Shown here piece by piece: positions 59,008 to 64,000 of a DNA stretch of 64,000 nt (positions within the stretch are counted from its first letter, which is position 1; every line of letters begins with the position of its first letter). This DNA comes from Leptonemataceae bacterium (GTDB lineage: Bacteria > Spirochaetota > Leptospiria > Leptospirales > Leptonemataceae): NCBI GenBank assembly GCA_965227295.1, contig OZ245742.1:1216001-1280000 (forward strand), given 5' to 3'. Both the position numbers and the translations under genes were made by a program. A model generated the notes under the pieces. The model saw only the letters and a program-made list of their open reading frames with translations, ran no database searches and was not told the DNA's origin.

Positions 59008-59871
59008 ATGTTTACGTTCTGGATCGTCCTGTGGCTCGTTGCCGCGACTGTATTGATAGCCCTGATTTCCCTGCTGCTATCCCGCCTGCCGTCCTCGCTG
59101 CACGTTGCCGCGATCCTGCTGATCGGGCTTGCCGTATCGGCCTATCTTTTCGCCACGAACTTTGCGACGGCGGCGGGATCGTTTTTGTATTTGAAGTTGC
59201 TGACCCTGGTTGTGAGCGCTCTGATTCTTGCCGGCCTGCGGTTCTGGAAGTGGACGCGTTATTCCTGGGCCCTGATCCTCGGCTATCTCATTCTGTGGCT
59301 GAACATCTTTGAGGCCGTGGCCTTTGAAATCTTCGACGTTGTAACCGGCGGACCGGAGCGCCTCTACGGCGGCAACCTGCTGAACGCCGCGGCGGGAATC
59401 ATCTTGCTGTTGACCCAGGCCCGGCCGCGGCTCATTGCTACGGACTCCGGCGATCCCGGGCGAAACCTTTTTTACGACCTGGGGCCGCTCTGGGTCTTAG
59501 TTTACACCGTGTGGAACTTTACGTTCGTGTACGGGACGAATCCGCCGGGACACCCGACGGGGGAGTGGGCCGGCATGGCCTGCGTACATCTCGGTGCGCC
59601 GCTGTTGCTCGTCCTCTTTGCCCGAGATTCCCGGCTCTATATTCAAATGCGCACTTACGCGCTCTATCTCAGCATTGCGCTCGTGCTGCTCGTTCCGTAT
59701 GCGCCGTTCGTACATCGCACACCGAACTGGCACAGCTTCGCTGCGGCGGACTTCCTGGCCGGCATGTCGCTAACGTTCGCTGTGTTGTTGTTACTGAAGC
59801 ACCTGCGCGCGGGTCGTCACGGCAACTTGCCGGCCAACCCGGTGGAATGGTTGGCCGGAAGATTGCCGTGA
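59008..59871 (+). CDS. multi-pass membrane protein (DUF5692-like)
   Basis: many TMs; LNIFEA, NAAAG, YTVWNFTFVY, YIQMRTYAL. Confidence 0.7.
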   Translation: MFTFWIVLWLVAATVLIALISLLLSRLPSSLHVAAILLIGLAVSAYLFATNFATAAGSFLYLKLLTLVVSALILAGLRFWKWTRYSWALILGYLILWLNIFEAVAFEIFDVVTGGPERLYGGNLLNAAAGIILLLTQARPRLIATDSGDPGRNLFYDLGPLWVLVYTVWNFTFVYGTNPPGHPTGEWAGMACVHLGAPLLLVLFARDSRLYIQMRTYALYLSIALVLLVPYAPFVHRTPNWHSFAAADFLAGMSLTFAVLLLLKHLRAGRHGNLPANPVEWLAGRLP

Positions 59872-59872
59872 C

Positions 59873-60859
59873 GTGCCTGAACGAAACGATTCACGAGGCG
59901 CCGAGGATTTTCACGGCAACACAATTCAGAGTAATCGTGAAATCGTATCCGTGCGGGTCTTCGACGCGCCGCGCGATCTTGTGTATCGCATGTTTACCGA
60001 GGCGGGGCACGTCGATCGCTGGTGGGGGCCGCGAGGCTTTCGAAACACAACGCATTCCATGGACGTGCGCGTCGGCGGTATCTGGAATTACACGATGCAT
60101 GGCCCGGACGGCGTCGATTATGCCAATGAAGTCCGCTACCTGGAGCTCGTGCGACCGGAGCGCATTGTCTACGACCATGGGGTGCCCGGCGAAGAGCCGA
60201 TGTTTCGCACGACCATTACACTCGAAGAAGCCGGCCATCGCACGCGGCTGACGATGCGCATGTTGTTCCCCACGGCCGAAGAGCGCGACGCCGTCGTAAA
60301 GAAGCACGGCGCCGAAGAAGGGTTGCATCAAACGCTGGATTGTCTCGACGCGCATTTGCTCATGCAGGATGCTCCGGATGCCTTCGTCATTTCGCGCGAG
60401 TTTGCGGCCGCGCGGGACATGGTGTGGACGGTCTGGACCGAGAAGGATCATCTCGGCCGCTGGTTCGGTCCGAAGGGCTTCGCAATTCGTGCGCGGGACT
60501 TTGATTTTCGTCCGGGCGGGCGCTACCTTTACTCGCTGCACGGTGACGACGGTTCCGAGATGTGGGCGAAATTCGAATACCAGATCATCGAGGCGCCGGA
60601 GCGCATCGTCTTCGTGAATTCATTCTCGAATCCCGAGGGCGACACGGTGTGCCATCCCGGCCACGAAAACTGGCCGCTGCGAACGCTGACGAACATCTTG
60701 TTCACGGAAAACGAGAACCGGACGATCGTTACGGTGCGTTGGATTCCGCTGGACGCTACGCCGGAAGAACTGCGCACCTTCCAGGCAGGCCACGAGTCTA
60801 TGACCGGCGGTTGGACGGGAACGCTGGACCAATTGCGCGATCACCTGACGACACTGTAA
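59873..60859 (+). CDS. tandem SRPBCC/AHSA1-domain protein
   Basis: two domains each with R.F.A.R..V...W.GP.GF and D.R.GG. Confidence 0.9.
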   Translation: MPERNDSRGAEDFHGNTIQSNREIVSVRVFDAPRDLVYRMFTEAGHVDRWWGPRGFRNTTHSMDVRVGGIWNYTMHGPDGVDYANEVRYLELVRPERIVYDHGVPGEEPMFRTTITLEEAGHRTRLTMRMLFPTAEERDAVVKKHGAEEGLHQTLDCLDAHLLMQDAPDAFVISREFAAARDMVWTVWTEKDHLGRWFGPKGFAIRARDFDFRPGGRYLYSLHGDDGSEMWAKFEYQIIEAPERIVFVNSFSNPEGDTVCHPGHENWPLRTLTNILFTENENRTIVTVRWIPLDATPEELRTFQAGHESMTGGWTGTLDQLRDHLTTL

Positions 60860-60945
60860 CGATGGCAAAGCTCAGCCTGTTTGCGGGACGCGGATATTTA
60901 ACAGCGGCACGGTTCTGTTGAGCTGCGTGCCGGCGGAGTGAATCA

Positions 60946-61212
60946 ATGTTTCAGTATGATGCGACCTTCAGCAGTTTTTCCGTGAACGACCTGGACCGGG
61001 CACGAGAGTTCTACGGCAAGGTTCTGGGCCTGAAGATCGCGGAATTTGAGGGCATGGGTTTGCAGCTCAATCTGGCCGACGGCTGCAACGTCTTTGTCTA
61101 TCCGAAAGAGAATCACGAGCCGGCATCGCATACGGTCTTGAACTTCGTGGTGAGCGACATCGAAGCCTCGGCCAGGTCCCTGCGCGCGGACCGCCGGCGA
61201 AGTATTCGTTGA
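60946..61212 (+). pseudogene. VOC/glyoxalase protein, apparently truncated near 61188
   Basis: FSSFSVNDLDRAREFYGKVLGL, YPKENHEPASHTVLNF; no F.DP.GN C-terminal motif. Confidence 0.7.
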
Positions 61213-62431
61213 GGTCGCCGGGCGGATTTTCCAGCGCAAAGCTTTCGACCTGATCCGGCGGCAGACTGTGAAAGGAAGCGTTGCTCGAACCGCTTGCCTC
61301 CGGATCGTCGCCTACGGCCGGCTCGTGGACCCGGGCCAGTTGTGAATGAGCCGCGTAGGGCGAACCGGCTTTTTGGTAATCGGCGAAGAGACAGTCCACG
61401 CCCTGGATCTCGGCCTGGCCGCTGCTCCGGCCGGCCGGACCGATGGGCGACTGACCGTCGCAATTAAAAACGAAACCGCCGCTCCGGGCCGCCACGCTGG
61501 CCTGCATGATTTGCATGCCGCACGAAGGTATGATGTGCGCGTCGACGTGTCCGCCCCGGGGCAGTGTTCGTTCGATGTTCCTGCGCAGGCGAGCGTCGGC
61601 GTGGTCGAGGCAGATCTCGACGCCGTAGGCGAGTCGTGCGTCGCGGCCGATGTTTTGTTCGAAGATCGCGTGTACGTCGAATGCGCTGCGTTTTGCATCG
61701 CCGTCGGAAAGATCGATGAAGGGATACGCGGTCATTTGTTCGGTGATGACGTTCTTGCCGTCCGGTTCGTACAATACGAAGTCCTCGTTCGAGACGAAGT
61801 ACTTTTCGGTCGTCATGAGATGCGTGGAAGATTCACCCTCCAGTTTCACGGGCACATTGCTCACGATGATGTCGCGATTGCGCACCTCACACACCGGATA
61901 CGAGTGGCAAACCTTGATGAAGTCCACGAGCATGTCGAAGAGTACGTTCTTCAGCGGTCCGAAAGCCGCCTGCCATTGCTCCGCGAGATTCCGTACGACG
62001 TTGTTGCGGACCAGGGTGCGATTGCTGTCGAAGATGTGCTCCGGGTCGGCAAGGCGGGTCGTTATGGCGCTGCCGAAAAAGAAGATCCAGCCGGCGTATT
62101 TTTCATGATGAAACTTTTGCTTCAGTTTTTCCCGCAGTAGTTCCACCGGATCTTTTTGATCGTCGTCGAAGATGTAGGGCCCGTGCAGGCCGTGAAAATA
62201 GAACTCCGGAGCGACGAAAACGGTGATGATGTCCTTTTCGGCCTGGATTTTACTGCGTGCCGTTTCCACGGCGGCCTCCATGACGGCCACGCGCCGGTCG
62301 AGGTCCCGTTCGACATCCGCGTTCCCGAGATACGTTCCGACCACCGATCCTCCGTCGGCGGGGCCGATGGTAAGGAGTCCGGCAGGAGTCGCGGGGATGG
62401 CGAAGCCGATGAAGCGAATTTTTTTATGCAT
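61067..62431 (-). CDS. divergent nitrilase-superfamily protein; 3' end runs antisense into the VOC gene
   Basis: FVAPEFYF, TTEKYFVS, GVEICLDH. Confidence 0.65.
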   Translation of the reverse strand: MHKKIRFIGFAIPATPAGLLTIGPADGGSVVGTYLGNADVERDLDRRVAVMEAAVETARSKIQAEKDIITVFVAPEFYFHGLHGPYIFDDDQKDPVELLREKLKQKFHHEKYAGWIFFFGSAITTRLADPEHIFDSNRTLVRNNVVRNLAEQWQAAFGPLKNVLFDMLVDFIKVCHSYPVCEVRNRDIIVSNVPVKLEGESSTHLMTTEKYFVSNEDFVLYEPDGKNVITEQMTAYPFIDLSDGDAKRSAFDVHAIFEQNIGRDARLAYGVEICLDHADARLRRNIERTLPRGGHVDAHIIPSCGMQIMQASVAARSGGFVFNCDGQSPIGPAGRSSGQAEIQGVDCLFADYQKAGSPYAAHSQLARVHEPAVGDDPEASGSSNASFHSLPPDQVESFALENPPGDLNEYFAGGPRAGTWPRLRCRSPRSSRPYAMPARDSLSDRQRRCSRRPD

Positions 62432-62486
62432 CGGCGCTTCTAATATGCGCCGGTTAAAAATCAATGATGTACGTTTATGTTAATAA

Positions 62487-62504
62487 TTAGCCATTGATGG
62501 CTAA
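62487..62504. promoter_or_regulatory. perfect palindrome, operator or weak terminator
   Basis: TTAGCCAT-TG-ATGGCTAA in AT-rich gap after dinB. Confidence 0.4.
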
Positions 62505-62513
62505 CGCGCGTTC

Positions 62514-63725
62514 TTAGAGGAGCCCCCCGCGCTTGATGCGGCTGCCGAATTTGCGTCGAAGTTCATCTAAGACCTGCTCTTCCCGCCGGCGCCGCGGCTC
62601 GTTCGTGGCTTCCTGCGTTTCGGCAAACAGATCCATCTGCGTCGCCGGGCGGGCCGTCTCATCTTGCTGCTCTTCGTCGCCCCACAACAAGTTCGACATG
62701 CCGATGCCGATCAAACGCACGCGCTTACCGCGACGGTCGAAGTCGTGAAACAGGGCGAGGGCCGCGTCGCGCATCGTTAACGTGTCGTCGGTGGGATGAT
62801 CCAGCGTGCGTGAGCGCGTAAACGTTTCGAAGCCCGTGAGGCGAATCTTCAAAGTCACCGTGCGACCGGTGCAGCCTTCGCCGCGCATGCGAAAGGCCAG
62901 GTCGTCAGCGATCTCGTAGAGCACGCGCTCCAGACGCTCGCTGTCGTCGACGTCTTCTTCGAAGGTCGTCTCCTCGCTGATGGACTTGCGCCGGCCGTAG
63001 GGCTCCACCGGACGATCGTCGATGCCGTTCGCAAGATTCCAGAAGTGCCGCCCGTGTTTGCCCAGCACGCGTTCGAGTTTTTCCGGATCCGCCGCGGCGA
63101 CGTCGCCGATGTCCCAGAGGCCGAGGTGTTGTAGTTTCTGCACCGTGCGCGCGCCCGCGCCCCAAAGACGTTTTAAAGGTAACTTAGCGAGAAACTCGCG
63201 CTCGCGTCCCGGCTCGCAGATGGCCAGGCCGTCCGGTTTATCGAGGTCGCTGGCGATCTTCGCAATGAATTTATTCGGCGCGATGCCGACGCTGGCGATG
63301 AGTTGCGTCGTGTCTTTGATCTTCGCCTTGATGGCACGACCCAGTTCCGGCTGCGGACCGAAGAGTCGTTCGGTTCCGGTACAATCCAGAAACGCCTCGT
63401 CGATGCTGACTTTCTGTACGACCGGCGCGAAGCTCGCCAGGACTTCCATGACCTGCTTCGAAAGTTCGCTGTAGCGCGCGTACCGGCCGGGCACGTAGAT
63501 GCCGTGCGGGCAAAGTTTGTAAGCACGGCCGATGGGCATGGCCGAATGTATGCCGAACTTCCGCGCGGCATAGTTGCACGTGGAGACGACGCCCCGCCCG
63601 CGGCCTTCTTTCGGATCGGCGCCGACGATTAACGGCTTGCCGCGATACTCGGGATGGTCGAGTTCCTCGACGGCCGCGAAGAAGGCGTCCATGTCGACGT
63701 GGACGATGGTGCGGGGGGATGGCAT
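62514..63725 (-). CDS. dinB: DNA polymerase IV
   Basis: HVDMDAFFAAVE, NYAARKFGIHSAMP, SIDEAFLD, AKIASDLDKPDG. Confidence 0.96.
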   Translation of the reverse strand: MPSPRTIVHVDMDAFFAAVEELDHPEYRGKPLIVGADPKEGRGRGVVSTCNYAARKFGIHSAMPIGRAYKLCPHGIYVPGRYARYSELSKQVMEVLASFAPVVQKVSIDEAFLDCTGTERLFGPQPELGRAIKAKIKDTTQLIASVGIAPNKFIAKIASDLDKPDGLAICEPGREREFLAKLPLKRLWGAGARTVQKLQHLGLWDIGDVAAADPEKLERVLGKHGRHFWNLANGIDDRPVEPYGRRKSISEETTFEEDVDDSERLERVLYEIADDLAFRMRGEGCTGRTVTLKIRLTGFETFTRSRTLDHPTDDTLTMRDAALALFHDFDRRGKRVRLIGIGMSNLLWGDEEQQDETARPATQMDLFAETQEATNEPRRRREEQVLDELRRKFGSRIKRGGLL

Positions 63726-63757
63726 GGATGTAGTATCTTCGCCTGGGCAAAATATTT

Positions 63758-64000
63758 CTACTCCGCTTTCATTTCATCCTGCTCCACCATCATCGTGCCG
63801 ATCCACCACTGATTCCCGCACGGATCTTTGACACCGCCGCGTTTATCCGGATCGCCGTCTTTCCGCACGGGTTCCGCGATCACTTCGCCGCCGGCCGCGA
63901 CGGCGGCCTTGAACGTACGATCCACATCTTCGACGTAGACGTGCACCATGGCGGGCTGCGGTTCCCAATCGTCTCCCACTCCGCCGATCATCACGATGGA
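63758..64000 (-). CDS. VOC/PhnB-like glyoxalase, 5'-truncated by window edge
   Basis: HVYVEDVD, RGGVKDPCGNQWWIGT. Confidence 0.85.
   Translation of the reverse strand, partial: SIVMIGGVGDDWEPQPAMVHVYVEDVDRTFKAAVAAGGEVIAEPVRKDGDPDKRGGVKDPCGNQWWIGTMMVEQDEMKAE

Noticed and set aside
54018-61188. Inversion explaining both truncation junctions
   Set aside because: Flipping the segment does not restore the missing GNAT or VOC C-termini

Overview
High-GC (roughly 60% by eye) bacterial chromosomal segment, densely coding. Gene content suggests a Leptospiraceae/Leptospirales-like spirochaete (inference from class III cyclases, HDOD and HATPase proteins, Maf, NHL and FG-GAP lipoproteins, family I lipase). 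Core genes: trmL (partial), ilvC, ccmB/ccmC, uvrB, a complete nuoA-N complex I cluster (- strand, 27321-42599), acpH, dinB. No rRNA, tRNA, CRISPR array, transposase or phage gene was recognised. Most notable observations: (1) two copies of a non-coding palindromic element with ACTCCGAGGACCGAGG arms around unrelated self-folding cores, one between nuoE and nuoF; (2) a 7-repeat FG-GAP lipoprotein gene inserted between nuoC and nuoD and coupled to nuoC; (3) a voltage-gated channel with the TLEDWTD filter; (4) a paralogous pair of unusual HATPase-like modules, one fused to a degenerate HDOD; (5) apparent pseudo-enzymes (Fe-ADH lacking metal ligands, nitrilase fold lacking Cys); (6) an AT-rich PD-(D/E)XK-like gene beside a hairpin-rich element and a CsoR-type operator; (7) two head-on junctions that truncate convergent genes. 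All family calls come from motif recognition, not database searches.
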